Source of the DNA: Octopus sinensis
Lineage: Eukaryota
DNA length: 64,000 nt
Assembly (NCBI RefSeq): GCF_006345805.1
Contig: NC_043008.1
Span: 13,330,001 to 13,394,000, forward strand
Reading direction: 5' to 3'
Below the pieces are notes generated by a model that searched no databases, was not told the DNA's origin, and worked only from the letters and a program-made list of their open reading frames with translations. The translations under genes were made by a program, and so were the position numbers. Below, one piece after another: positions 1 through 13,317 of this stretch (position 1 is its first letter; each line of letters opens with the position of its first letter).

Positions 1-454
1 ATCTTTCAAACTTATGTATATCTCTTTTTCTAGATTTTGAATACGTTCTATATTTATCTGAAATTTTCATTTATGTTGCCCACAAAAAAAATGGGTTAAT
101 GAGAAGAACACCACTTCATAACTCATTTGAAATAGCTTATAACAAAATATATTAATTCTTTTTCATTCTCTGAAAATCTTCATGTTGTTAGTTTACACTA
201 CATATCTGTTCAAAATCTAAAATATTTAATTTTTTCTCGTGCAATTATCTCCGGCATATATCGCGTCCGTGTAATCATGCTGTTTGAAATATTGTGTATT
301 TAGTCAGAATAAGTGAACTCTCGTTGTTTTCATGCCTTAGTATTTTTATGTTTGTAATGTCCAACTGGGAAAGCATCACTCATGCAATCTATGTATATAT
401 ATACATACATGCATGCATACATACATACATACATGCATGCATACATACACATAT

Positions 455-760
455 ATAATACAAAAGGGGGACAAGAACGCAAAACATCCAGACAACTAGG
501 TGATACAAAAAGGGACAACAAAACATCAAGATAGACGACACAAAAAAAAAAAAAACAAGGACGGGTCATTCGAAGATTTTTATCCTTAGTTAAGAATTGG
601 ATCATCCTCGGAATTTCGGCTGATTAATCTTCAGATTGCTCCAATATAGCCAGCCCCAAGGAAAAACTAAGCTAAGAGCATTAGATTCCTGGAAAAAAGC
701 ATCGAATGTATACGCAAACAAGGACGGAAAAACAGACGATGTTACACGAATATGAATACA
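455..760. mobile_element. Microsatellite-embedded interspersed repeat (family E), copy 1
   Basis: Clear similarity to 39592-39850 (gggacaagaacgcaaaacatccagaca..taggtgata.aaaaagggacaacaaaacatc...aaaacaaggacg.ggtcatt...gagcattagattcc). Flanked by TA/CA and TAA repeats. Class unknown, possibly Penelope-derived. Confidence 0.7.
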
Positions 761-1121
761 ACAATAATAATAATAATAATGATAATAATAATAATAATAA
801 TAATTATAATAATAATAAAAATAAGACATAACAACAGGTGTCTTTAGACTGGGGACGAATTGAATTCAGCTGGCGTGTGTGGAAATGAAGCCTTATGACA
901 GAGATACAAAACTTTCACGAACGCATGGAGGAATATCGATACAAAAAGAGGGCTAGCAGTCTAGCCTCTCTGTCACGTGAGAAGAGAAGACAGAGAAAAT
1001 GAGGAACAAAAGAATTAACGAGGCGGAGGAGAGAAGAGAGAGAGACAGACTGACAGACAGAGACAGAGTTGTAGAAGCAGATGGACAGAAGAATTAAGGA
1101 AGAACGAGAAAAAAGAGACAG

Positions 1122-1170
<49 letters not shown>

Positions 1171-1233
1171 TACATACATACGCTATTTTTTGCTGTATGA
1201 TGTTTAGCGCATGCACTTGTACCACTTTTCTTT

Positions 1234-1430
1234 TTTCTTTACTTGTTTCAGGTATTTTACTGCAGCCATGCTGGAGCACCGCATATAGTCGAGCAAATCG
1301 ACCCTAGAGCTTATTCTTCGTAAGCCTAGTACTTATTCTCTTCTTTTGCCGCACCGCTAAGTTACGGAGACGTAAACACACCAGTATCGGTTGTCAAGCA
1401 ATGTTGGGGGGGGGGGACACAGACACAGAA
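1234..1430 (-). mobile_element. tRNA-derived SINE family A, 3' half
   Basis: Matches the 3' half of the full copies at 10426-10844 and 13318-13714 (acttgtttcag...gccatgctggagcaccgc..tagtcgagcaaatcgacc...gtaaacacacca). Confidence 0.9.
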
Positions 1431-1473
1431 ATATATACACACTTACACACACATATATACATATATATTTTTA

Positions 1474-1605
1474 TTCCTGTTTCTTGAGTAACGCTGCGAT
1501 GGACTCGCGTCCCGTCCAGCTAGGGGGCACACGTATGCCATAGAAACCGGGAAACAGGGCCCATGAGCCTGGCTAGGCTTGAAAAGAGCGCATAAATAAA
1601 TAAAA
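1474..1605 (+). mobile_element. SINE family C, 3' fragment
   Basis: Reverse complement of the 3' end of the SINE at 61430-61729 (ttcctgtttcttgagt.acgctgcga...gaaaccgggaaac.ggg.ccatgagcctg..taggcttgaaaa). Ends in an ataa tail. Confidence 0.85.
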
Positions 1606-1614
1606 TTTCTCCAT

Positions 1615-1740
1615 TAATACCACTGTCGGCTATTCTGTGTTTCATCCTTCAGCGATCGATAAAATAAAGTACTAGACAAGGACTGGAATTAGCACTTCAC
1701 AAATTTGTCGTGTTTGTGCCTGAGTAAGAATCCATAATTA
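1615..1740 (+). mobile_element. Degenerate SINE family B fragment
   Basis: tttcatccttcagcgatcgataaaataaagtact resembles the family B core tttcatcctttcggggtcgataaattaagtacc. Confidence 0.5.
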
Positions 1741-2842
1741 GTATCGCCGCTGCTGTTGCTGTTGGATTTGTCAACCAACTCGTATAATCGCGTTTTCATG
1801 TATATCTCAAAGATACCAGATTCACCAAGTGGAACTGCCAGAAAGAGAATCTGTATTTATTGATATCCTTTTACGAGACGAATTTTTGCGCATTCATAAT
1901 TTTGCGCATTTAATGACGAAAATACGAATTTGCGATTTTTATGAAAACATAAGTTTTCATTTAGCCGCTTGCACGCGTGCACAGTTTTGCTACGCAGAAG
2001 GAGAAAATATATATAAGAAACATGAACGTGAATCCACGGATCGTAAAAGGGTGATAAAAAATGGAAGTTTAAGCGTAAATGAATGTGAAATATAGTATTA
2101 CAATTATGAAGAGTGCCATCAAAATTTTATGAATGCATTCTCTCTCTCATTCGTACACATGTTGCGCCAGGCATAAGTACTTCTGAAAGTTTTAATGATA
2201 GCAACAAAAGTTTCTAACCTGAACCAAGTCATAAGTATATATCTCATGTACATATTTATGTACAGCTCTTTATTTTCTCATTAATGTTTTTCATGACTAA
2301 GCTATATCTAGCTGTCTCACCTTCACCTATTTCGACAGTGTTTTCGCAAGAAATTGCTTAAATCAACAACGTATATCATTATCTTCCCAGTATTCGTTTT
2401 CTCCTTATTTGCGGCCATAAAATTGTTCTCTATTTCAGTGACTGCTTCGAAATGCTTAAGAACACTAAACAGAAATTTCGCTCTATGAAAAAAAAAAATT
2501 CAAGACCGTTACAATTCAGCTCTGATGATATCTTCTACATTTGCTAAAACCCTGCTAAATTCCCTCAATGGTGAATTGCGCAACCGCTGGAATAGGGATT
2601 GGCTGAATTTATGCGAATGTAACGTCATAATTTCTGCTGCTTGTCATTTTAATGTGTGATTTATAATTTCAATTAGAACGATTCTATGTTCAAATATTAA
2701 CGTTGTGTTAACTCTTCCTAGAATTGATACTTTAGTATTTGAATCTGTATCATATTTCACGTTAAATGTGAGGCCTATCAAGTTAACATACAATATATAT
2801 TTGTTATGACGCAATGCAATTTCACAGGTATTCTTCAAAATT

Positions 2843-3010
2843 TACGGAGATGTACTTGCATAGCAAGTGACCTGATCTGAGATCGTGTGTTGGAACGAAA
2901 ACAATTGCAGCGTAGAAGGTGTTTATAAGCCACTTAAGAAACACACAAAATCCATTAGATTCACTTGAACATTTAAATTTAATTTGTCAAAATATTTTCG
3001 TCGCTTTGAG
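2843..3010 (-). mobile_element. Family D repeat (putative Penelope-type pLTR), truncated
   Basis: Reverse complement of 14918-15080. Keeps only the 3' half of the hammerhead-like motif (gcgacGAAAatattttgacaaa). Confidence 0.75.
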
Positions 3011-3204
3011 AATTTGAAATACAATATGTATGTGCGTATTATATGAATAATACGCACGTGCATAAAGACATATACCCAAACCTACAAATCCTCGTACACA
3101 CAACTAAGTGTCTGCACAAAAATAAGTACCAAGTATCTATTTCCAAGTCATAGGCTCATAAGGTTAGTTTCCCGGATTTTGCAGCATACAAGGAGAGGTG
3201 GGAA

Positions 3205-3457
3205 GTGAACAGAACACGATCATTACACGGGGACGAAGAAGCACCAAATGCAGTACGAGAACTTTTATTCTGGGGCCGAGATCATGGACCCGGCAAGCTT
3301 CGGAGACATCGTCTGACATCCGAGGACAGCCTGGAAGAGTGGGCAAGGTTGTATATTATTCACGAACTGAAGGTGGTAATGATGGGTCGAGTTGTTTGAC
3401 TGAAGACGACAGATAGCGGCGACCCAGCGGGAGGTCTGCAATGTAGCAAGAGCCAAC
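3205..3457 (+). mobile_element. RTE-clade LINE 3' fragment, degenerate
   Basis: ORF 3205-3399 VRELLFWGRDHGPGKLRRHRLTSEDSL...ELKVVMMGRVV fits the RTE ORF2 C-terminal pattern (LLxW.P.HG.R..GR...Y.D.L...EL...M.DR..W). Confidence 0.65.
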
Positions 3458-3471
3458 ATTATATATGTATG

Positions 3472-3701
3472 TATTTCTTTACTACCCACAAGGGGCTAAA
3501 CACACAGAGGACAAACAAGGACAGACAAACGGATGAAGTCGACTACATCGACCCCAGTGCGAAACTGGTACTTAATTTATCGACCCCGAAAGGATGAAAG
3601 GCAAAGTCGACCTCGGCGGAATTTGAACTCAGAACGTAGCGGCAGGCGAAATACGGCTACGCATTTCGCCCGGCGTGCTAACGTTTCTGCCAGCTCGCCG
3701 C
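3472..3701 (-). mobile_element. tRNA-derived SINE family B, full length
   Basis: Head gcggcgagctggcagaaacgttagcacgccggg with B box gagttcaaattcc, core ctttcatcctttcggggtcgataaattaagtacc, tail gggtagtaaagaaata. Same family as 31657, 50297, 51732 and 54196. Confidence 0.92.
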
Positions 3702-3779
3702 ATGTATGTATAATATATATGGGCGTGTACGTGTGTGCGTATGTATGTATGTATAATTCTTAAAGAGTTCAACAAACGT

Positions 3780-4900
3780 TAAGGCAAGGTAAACATCCTA
3801 AACACTCAGTCTTACAGCTGGTTCTGGAATATCCCCGATTATGGGATATTCCGTCAACAGAAACAAATAGGGGAAATATGTGAAATGAGAATGGTATATA
3901 TTAAAGAGATCACGACATAGAAGTAAGGGAGTAAAAGAATAAAGAGAGGGAAAGAAAGAAGAAAAAGAAGCATAAAAGTTCATAGTTCAACTGTCCGAAG
4001 TTATAGAAACAAGCGCACAAGCCCTTAAGTGCAATCCTGCGTAGATCCACGTGGGTTAATGTCCAGATAAAGTAGATACCCATAGAAAAAAGACGCGAAC
4101 ATATCAACGTTCAATAGAAGAATGGTAGCAGAGGTGGTTATTAAGTGGGAAAACGAAAGCAAAGGAAAGAAATAAAAGGAAAGTGAGGTGGGTGAATTTT
4201 AGGATTGGCTTTAGGATAAAGTAAAGCTATTGTGTATAGCGCAGCCGAGAAAGATAAGAGAAAGGGTGAGGGGGTGGAGGAAGACAGGTTTTTTTAAAAT
4301 AGAGCAAAATTAAAGGAATTTAGAGAGAGTAGTAGGTGTCTGTGTTAGTCTTAATATAGGTGTTGGGGATAGAAATCTAGTAGTAATTCCTTGTGTCCGT
4401 TCTGGCTAAGGTCAGTGGTTGCAGAGTTATTTTTAGCAATGGGGTTATGGGTATGCAAGTAGTCGATAAAGGAAGAGTTAGTTGAATGTTAAATTATTTG
4501 AGTGGGAGTAAGGGTTGGCGATTAGGGGATTTATTGGGTTAAGGATTAAAAATAAAATAATATTATAGACTTAATATTTATCTAATAAAGTGATGAGCAA
4601 AGTTAGATAGAAGAGATGTAAGCTATAAGGTAGAAATAAGAATTGTAGATATATAGGAGATATAGAAAGATATAGAGGGGTAAGCACAAATTCTTCCTCA
4701 CATTAAATTATTTCATAAATCTAAATGTAAGTTCATCCCCAGCCCCACGAATAGCACCCACATACAAACCCCCATAGTTATTAACAGATACCCCTCTATA
4801 TCTTTTCTATATCTTTGGATGTCTACCTTATCAGGATTTAACCCACGTGGATCTGCACAGGATTGCACCTAAGGACTTTAGCCTTTGTGTACATCCTGTT
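3780..4900 (-). mobile_element. Decayed Penelope-like element (hammerhead at 3' end plus inverted repeat)
   Basis: Hammerhead motif at 3809-3864. Inverted repeat ccttaagtgcaatcctgcgtagatccacgtgggttaa (~4023-4059) versus ttaacccacgtggatctgcacaggattgcacctaagg (~4838-4875). Purine-skewed interior, no recognisable ORF left. Confidence 0.5.
3809..3864 (-). ncRNA. Minimal type I hammerhead ribozyme motif, variant core, probably inactivated
   Basis: Minus strand reads GUUU-CUGUUGA-C-GGAAUAUCCC[auaaucg]GGGAUAUUCC-A-GAAC-CAGCUG-UA-AGAC. Stem I 4 bp (one GU), perfect 10-bp stem II, palindromic stem III, GUA cleavage triplet. Core deviations are A6U and GAAA>GAAC. Confidence 0.7.
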
Positions 4901-5278
4901 TGGGTTTCTCCTGAGAAGAGTCAATATAACACTAGTATAAATGAAAATGTGTTCTCTTACTAAATTACTTACCTTACACCTCTCTGTGTATATCTCGCGC
5001 TTTATCTCTCCCTCTTCCTCTCTCTCTCTCTCTGATATATATACATGTGTTCGGATTTCTATCCATAACTGTTTCTTTTTAAGAATGATTACCTGGTTTA
5101 CGTATATCACCCCTGTATGTGAATGTACGTAACGTAGTGATTTAAAAAGTGGAGTTTAATGCAGAAAGTAAAACCAACAATATGTAATAATTTCTTGAGA
5201 GTAGTTGCAAAATTGAGTGCAACTACACTTAAGTAATTCTACAGTATATTGAAATCCACTGTAAAGTATGTTCGTTTT

Positions 5279-5319
<41 letters not shown>

Positions 5320-8300
5320 CATACATTTAAATACAGATATCTCTGTTGATGACAATATCTTCTTAACAATAAATGATGCATTAGTTTAAATTTCTTTTAT
5401 TGAATCAGTGTAATTCAGGTCCGATACACATGGAACTATTTCAATTCACAGTGACTATTTCAAGTACACTAACACTATTTCGATCTACAATTCATTTAGT
5501 AGAAAGCAACTTGCTGTCGTGATACTTATATTTATATCACTATTTCATAGATCCGAAAATATTCAGAAATGAAATATCTTGAAATCAACTTTTATTCAAT
5601 AGTGCTGTCATACATTTGCTACGACAAAATCTAAATCGTTGTAGAAATCCTTATCTCCTACATCATTTGTAATTAATGACCAGTGTGTGGGCTGACTTGT
5701 TAAAGTGCTTCACGTCAATTATTATGACATTTCTGATATAATTTATAACTTTATTGAGTGCTAAGATCTCAATATAAATACAATGAAGCGTACGGCTAGA
5801 TGTATGACACCTAGTATTGTTACAAAACTGGCAGCTGACCCAATACGCCATCTGTTCCGGATGCAACCGTATTTTCTTTTATATTCAAAATTTTAAATCA
5901 GGCATGCTTTTCTCATAAAATTTTTTTCCTGGATTCAAGATTCTAACATCATTCTAGGAGAGACGAATTTTCAGCTAACGAACCCATTATGTCACTCGTC
6001 ATTTATGTTTTTTTGACATGAATTCGATAAACATGAAAAGTCTAATATAAATAATCAAATTGTAACTTATGCTTGTGACTGTTTGAGCGCTTCGTCAATT
6101 TTCCTTTTTCTAACAATATAGATTTTGTGTGATAAAGTCTTAAAAGCGACATATATAAATTATAAAGAAATCAAGCATAATATTCCTAAAAACATTGTTT
6201 AACATATTGTAAAATGAGGTTAACAATTATAATACAGCCAGTTTTTGTGTATTTGAGCAATCTACGTGTTTTTAGCAATAAATTCACCATCAATAAAATT
6301 CTTTTGCAAGCACATATCTCATTTAGTAGTCTGCCAAATAAATCCCATAAATATTGTGGTAACTTACTTTCGTGACAGAAACATCAGATGTCAGGAAATA
6401 TATTTGTAACCACATCTTTTAATGAAGAATTCAACTTAAATTATCTGACATTAAGCTATTATAAAGAGCAGTAAACATTATTTCCACAAAAAAAAAAAAT
6501 CCATTTTAGATTTCTTAATCAAAATCAATACAAACAACAACAGAAAATACTATTAAACTTGTGGCTATAAAACATAAATAGCAACAAACGTGCACAAATG
6601 TCATTGAACGTCAATATTTTATGCCAAGTAAAACGTATATTTCTGGCAAATATTCTATTTAAAACAGTAGATACCGTCTTAATATTTCATTGTATTTTTA
6701 CTTTGAATTATATAAAATATAATTTTTTTTTTGCTTGTTTGTTTCTGAATGTGAAAGGAAAATGTAATATTAATAAAATTAAACAATTGTTTAACTATAA
6801 TATGTTTCTTAAGGGAAAACATTATGTAGTAATGTGTTCAAAACTTGTATGGGCTGATTGTCCATTTTTTCGAAGCGTATAAATACATATACACATCTTA
6901 GTTTCTATCTACAACCATTATTCGCTGTGTAAAATGAACTCAATACCCAAATTTCTGAAAGCAACTCCCAAAAAACCGTGTCCGCCTCCGTAAACTTTAT
7001 TTCTCTTGCTTCTCACATTTCTCAACTTTTATCCTTTAGATATCAAATTTAAAATCTCTCAGCGTTTCTGGTTTTAAGTCTCTATTTCTTATATCCTCAA
7101 ATATGTTTGTTCCTTCTGTCTGTCTCTGAACTCCTCAAATATGCAGTATCTCGTTGAGTATGATGCTCCTAGATTTAGAAATTTTATTTAACCACTCGTT
7201 TATCTGAAGAAATCGTCTTCAGTAAATTCCGATCCATCTTAATCCCGACTGCTCTTACTACTCAACCCATATTCATTTAGCTGGTGTAGAAGCCAAATAC
7301 TTTTATTTGTCAGCTTTGGAAACCAAATTTACATCTGTGTTTCAGGTTTCAAAGCGGCACAAAGAGTCTCCAAACACCACTATTATTTTAAAACATAACT
7401 GCTGTTGAGGATGTCATCTGGCCAGTGTATCAGTGTCATTGCCTAACACTTAATCACATACAACTCATAACCCTTCCCAACGGAACGTATCACACTTCAA
7501 GTTATCCGAGCAGTCGGAGTTCCATCAGTTTTACGTGATTTGTCCATGACAGAATGTCTTCTGCTAGGAATCAGTATGCAAAGCTGGCTTCGGGGGTAAC
7601 CTAGACCATCATTTTCGACGTGTCCGTTTGCATTCTACACACAATAACCGAGGTTTCACGTGTGGTTTTCATGTAGTTGTGTAGGAGACAAAAATATGGT
7701 AGGCAATAGCGAATCTCACTTGTTTCTAACACCTGGGTCGTTTTTCACCCAGCAGCTTAAATTTTGTCACATCACTATCATGTGCACAAGTACTGCTGTT
7801 TATTTATTTATCAAACAGCCCTTCAGAAACCCCACCTGCCAGATTGCAATCGTTCCTTTTCTCATTTACTAAAAGAATGTCCATCACTTTTATGGCATCA
7901 TTTGATCCAATTAAGAGATGATTACTTTGCTAGCGATATACCACTCAAAAACGCTGTCGTTACTCTCTACTTTTCATTCAACTACACATTACACACCTCT
8001 GTCCAATTTGTTTCAGTCTAATCCATTCAATTCCAATCTTGCTCCTCACATTAAATACATCTACAAATTTGAAAACATTTGTAGTTGTTACAATTAATCG
8101 AGAACACTGGGCGCGATAATACATCACAAAATCTGAATCAACATAAAATTAGACGCATGCTTATTGAAGTTGCAAGGACAACCGTTTCTTTTTTGCCGCA
8201 TCTGTAGTTGAATCTGAGATCACAAATGGACCAAATGGGATCCAGTAATCCGAGTTCTGTAGTTTATCATACAGCGTATCCAGAACGATATCATTACGTG

Positions 8301-9563
8301 TTAGTCTCATTCCTAGGAACTTGATTTAGAGGAACGTCCTACCTCTGCTTATCACATCTCTCAACTGCCTATAGCCTTTTCCATTGACTTCGCCACAGAA
8401 CTCATAGTGCGCTAAGTTAGTGGTCACAGCAATGAAATTTCCCAACCACACAAGGCAACAATTTTAGAGAATTAGATAGACAATATGAAAAGCTCTACAT
8501 GTACGAGGACCCACCATCTTAGAGCTGGGTTTAAGCTTATTTTATTTTATTGACCCCATTATTTAAATGGTAGGCCTTGCATCAAATCAGGAAGGAACGT
8601 AAGTGAATTATTTGTTAGTTCGTTAACCAGTAAAACAGTAAACAAATAATAGCAGTAATGGAATCTGGAGAAATAAACCACTCCGTCTCTGTTATCGTAA
8701 CATATCAAATGATGTTGTAAATATGCTACTTAACGTCCGCGTTTTAACAATTTTAGCTTCGATCAATTCATTTTCTTTTCCCCTTTTTTACTGTTTTACG
8801 GTTTATCGGTCTACGATGATTATACCGTTTTCAGTGTTAATGCAGATGATTGTCTGAGAGATAAAAGAACAAAGAGAGATAGAAGAGATGCTTTGATTTT
8901 CATTGAAAATTTCTAGCGGAAATTTAGAGTTTATTTGATATCTTCCGAATATTAACTTTGTATTTAACAAAACATTTTTGATGCATCTCCTAAAAAAGAA
9001 ACTGTCTCAGCATATTTGCATCTAAGTGAACCACATGCAGATCACTCACGAATTATTGTATACAGATGTATACTTATTTCCAGGCACGAATATACACGTA
9101 ATTGCGTGCGTTGGAACATACACACTCTCGCGATTAATGTCGAGTAAGATTATAGAAAATTACTGATATCGTTGTATCAATGCAGAGTGCAGCCTCTAAA
9201 TCGATAGTAATTGCAATTTTATTGTATAACCAATAGACAAAAGTATGTGACATCCATTAACACAATAACAATGTAACTAACTACAAGCACAGAGTCAAAG
9301 GTGCAGCTGGCCAAGGAGAATATCAAAACTGGAGACGTGTAACAGAATAGTTATTGCAATGGTATTAAATATAGGTTTACATACTTTAGATTTCCTCATT
9401 AAATTGTATTTGTCTGAAGCTCGACACTTTTATTATCTTAAAAAAAAAGATAACCCTTGTTAATATTTCATTGCTATTACAGCATATTTCATACACACAT
9501 CTATTCATATCTCATTCTTTCTTGCTCTGTCTTGCTCTCCCATTCTATATCTCTCTTTCTTTC

Positions 9564-10030
<467 letters not shown>

Positions 10031-10094
10031 GATAGATATACATATATACATACGCCCACGCATATACACAGAGATATATGTATATGTATGTATA

Positions 10095-10380
10095 AATATA
10101 TGTATACATGTAGTTCAAATTTACAGAAAACAAAAGACTAAGACAGGAGAAGGAACTACAGGCAGGTGTGTTAGTTTAACACTCAGGAAGAATGGAAAAG
10201 TGTTGGACGTTTCGAGCCTATGCTCTTCGAGGGAAAGGTTTAAGAAGGAAAAAAACGAAGAGGGAAGTATACGAAAGGGAGAGAGAAAATGTGTACGGAT
10301 TAACGGTTGGACATGACGAAAGATCCAGAAGAAAGAAGCTGAATGAAAGGGAAATAATAACAGTGACCCGGTCGAACTAG
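10095..10380 (-). mobile_element. Family F repeat carrying a hammerhead relic, copy 1
   Basis: Homologous to 34826-35015 and 40560-40805 (tttacagaaaacaaaagac..agacagg...gtattagtttaac.ctc.ggaag...acgtttcgagccta.gctcttc). The minus strand at 10202-10237 reads CUUU CCCUCGA A GAGC auag GCUC GAAA CGUC. Confidence 0.75.
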
Positions 10381-10425
10381 AGTACGCATGCGCGTGTGTG
10401 TATGTGAGAATAATATGTGTGTGTG

Positions 10426-10844
10426 ACTCTTTTACTCTTTTTACTCTTTTACTTGTTTCAGTCATTTGACTGCGGCCATGCTGGAGCACCGCATTTAGTC
10501 GAGCAAATCGACCCCGGGACTTATTCTTTGTAAGCCCAGTACTTATTCTATCGGTCTCTTTTGCCGAACCGCTAAGTGACGGGGACGTAAACACACCAGC
10601 ATCGGTTGTCAAGCAATGCTAGGGGGGACAAACACAGACACACAAACACACACACACATACATATATATATACATATATACGACAGGCTTCTTTCAGTTT
10701 CCGTCTACCAAATCCACTCACAAGGCATTGGTTGGCCCGGGGCTATAGCAGAAGACACTTGCCCAAGATGCCACGCAGTGGGACTGAACCCGGAACCATG
10801 TGGTTGGTTTGCAAGCTACTTACCACACAGCCACTGCTTGCGCC
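10426..10844 (-). mobile_element. tRNA-derived SINE family A, full length
   Basis: Head ggcgcaagcagtggctgtgtggtaag (A box), ggttcagtccc (B box), cttgggcaagtg central motif, internal (TA/TG)n, (agtaaaag)n tail. Confidence 0.93.
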
Positions 10845-11222
10845 TATATATATGAATGGAATAAATGGATGTGAATGTATGTGAGTGCGAGCTAAATATT
10901 ATGTGGGCTTATGTGTGTGTAAGTGAATAATTTGTGGAGTGATGGGCGTTTCTTGTATTGCAGAATGTGCCACAGATATAACAAAAGGAAACAAAGTAGA
11001 TATTTTGGTTCCCATGATTGATGAAAATTTGTTAAAAGAAATTGTTTAGCCTTTACGTTTGAAGTCTATGCGGTCATCTGACAAGTCCGGCTTCTTTCAA
11101 ATTGATGTAATGTTTCAGCGGTATTTTTTTTCTGTGACAATACGTAGCTAAATAAAAGAGGTGAAACTCTATAATAAATAGAAACATATTATTCAGTAAC
11201 AGTACTCTAGATTAAAGCTTAT

Positions 11223-11689
11223 TTGCCAACATAATGTGGCAGTCCTGATTAGAACAATTGTTGCTGTTATTTAGCCGTAGAAAACATCGTCTCCAGCTAG
11301 CTATACGACACATCTGCGTCATTATATTTTCGAACAAGGGAATTTAGCGTCCTCACGCGGCCCAAAGAAATATCTGCGTACCAAAGGTTTCTGGGTTATT
11401 TCGTCAGAATAATTGCTCGGCTGCTTGTCGTTCTGCACGTATATATTTCGAACAAGGGTTTAGTGGCGACATCTCGAACCAAGTAGTTATTCTGTGCTGA
11501 TGAAGTGAAATATCCTAGAAACCACTGGTAAGCAGATATTGCTTTGGGTTGAGTGGGAGCACTAAATTCCCTTGTTGGAAAACATAAGGACGTAGATTGT
11601 CCGTCGTACAGCCAGCTGGAGACGATGTTTCCTGGGGCTAAGTAACAGTAACAATCCTCCTAACAAGGGCTGCCACATTATGTTGGCAA
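11223..11689. mobile_element. MITE/foldback element with long imperfect terminal inverted repeats
   Basis: ttgccaacataatgtggcag ... ctgccacattatgttggcaa form perfect 20-bp ends. Complementarity continues inward for ~190 bp (aaacatcgtctccagct/agctggagacgatgttt; aacaagggaatttag/ctaaattcccttgtt). No clear TSD. Confidence 0.85.
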
Positions 11690-11840
11690 GTCGGGATTGC
11701 TTTAAAATCTATAATATTATAAATATATCTTTTCAATTCTTAAAGTACTAGATGACAACTATTTAAAAGAAATTTTTGCGATAATGTGGCTTACATTCAC
11801 AAAGATGGTACGTTTCAAATTTGGGTATCTCTTCCTTTTT

Positions 11841-12055
11841 TTCTCTTTTTAATTGTTTCAGTCATTTTCTGTGGCCATGCTGGAGCACCGCCTTTAGTTG
11901 AGCAAATCGACACCAGGACTTATTCTTTGTAAGCCTAGTACTTATTCTATCGGTATCTTTTGCCGAACCGCTTCGTTACGGGGACGTAAACACACTAGCA
12001 TTGGTTGTCAAGCGATGTTGGGAGTGACAAACAGACACACAAACATATACACAAA

Positions 12056-12107
<52 letters not shown>

Positions 12108-12109
12108 AC

Positions 12110-12192
<83 letters not shown>

Positions 12193-12355
12193 CAAAGGGC
12201 GTCTTTCAGTTTCCGTCTACCAAATCCACTCACAAGGCTTTGGTCGGCCCGAGGCTATAGTAGAAGACAGTTGCCCAAGGTGCCACGCAGAGGGACTGAA
12301 CCCGAAACCATGTGGCTGGTAATCAAGCTACTTACCTCACAGCCATACCTACGCA
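11841..12355 (-). mobile_element. tRNA-derived SINE family A with an expanded internal (TA)n
   Basis: Same head, body and tail as 10426-10844. Internal (TA)n of ~130 bp at 12058-12190. Confidence 0.92.
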
Positions 12356-12788
12356 TATATTTAGAAGAGATTATAAACTGTTTCCCATTTTCTTAATGGA
12401 CGTAAGCATAGTGACTTCCATCATCAGAGAATTATCAGTTGAGATATAAGAAGTGTGCATCTAGTCCATAAATTACAATGCGGTTTCTAACATTGTCTTA
12501 GCTGGTTCTAATTTCAGTGTAGTTTGCTATAGAATATCTGACCAACTTCCCTGTTTTATAAAATGATTGATGAGTTTCTCTGGAAGGCGATGAGAAAATG
12601 TGAAACCTGAAATGTACGAGATAACCACCTACTTATTTACTATCCGGTGCGAAAATTATTCGTATGGTCGGATATTACGACCATACGATATATAAGGCTG
12701 TATAGCTTCACTTGCATACTCATTCTATTCACAAATATATGCGTGCCTATTTTTTGTAACTCAAGGAGTGGCAGACTATGAGTCACCT

Positions 12789-12863
<75 letters not shown>

Positions 12864-13317
12864 CGAAGAATGGGGGTTTAGTTCACAGGAGATCTAAAAT
12901 ATTAGATTCACTAGGTAAGACCTGTAACGGATTAGTACGGCTCATAATACATACAAGCATACATACATACATACACACATATATACATACAAATATTCAT
13001 GTACATAAATACACAAATAGACATATGGAGTGATGGATACATAGACAGACAGATAGACAGATAAAGAGAGAGATGACGTACATGCCCGTGTGTGAGCACG
13101 TATGAGTATGCATATATATGAATATACACACATATACGTATATATATATATATATGCATTTATATACATATATGTTTATACATATACATATATATACACA
13201 CAGATATATATGTATGTATATATAAATATACATATGTGTGTGTGTGTATGCATACATATATGTATCTCTCGCTCTCTCTTTATATATATACATATATATA
13301 AATATATATATATATAC

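Noticed and set aside
595-645. Minus-strand CUGAAGA...GAAA in family E copy 1
   Set aside because: There is no stem II, and the core is not conserved in the second copy at ~39730-39770.
2590-2640. CCAAT box plus CRE-like site as a promoter
   Set aside because: Such short motifs are expected by chance, and no adjacent gene start supports them.
7240-8520. Moderately complex unique sequence as a coding region or TE
   Set aside because: There is no long ORF or recognisable motif, so no call can be supported.
10780-10844. tRNA-like A/B boxes here and at 13318, 33745, 44960 and 61729 as tRNA genes
   Set aside because: They continue into SINE bodies and lack a full cloverleaf with an acceptor stem.
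11370-11540. CUGANGA...GAAA-CC..GG-UA order in both arms of the 11.2-kb foldback
   Set aside because: Stem II cannot form in either arm and stem I is absent or mismatched, so it is not called a hammerhead.
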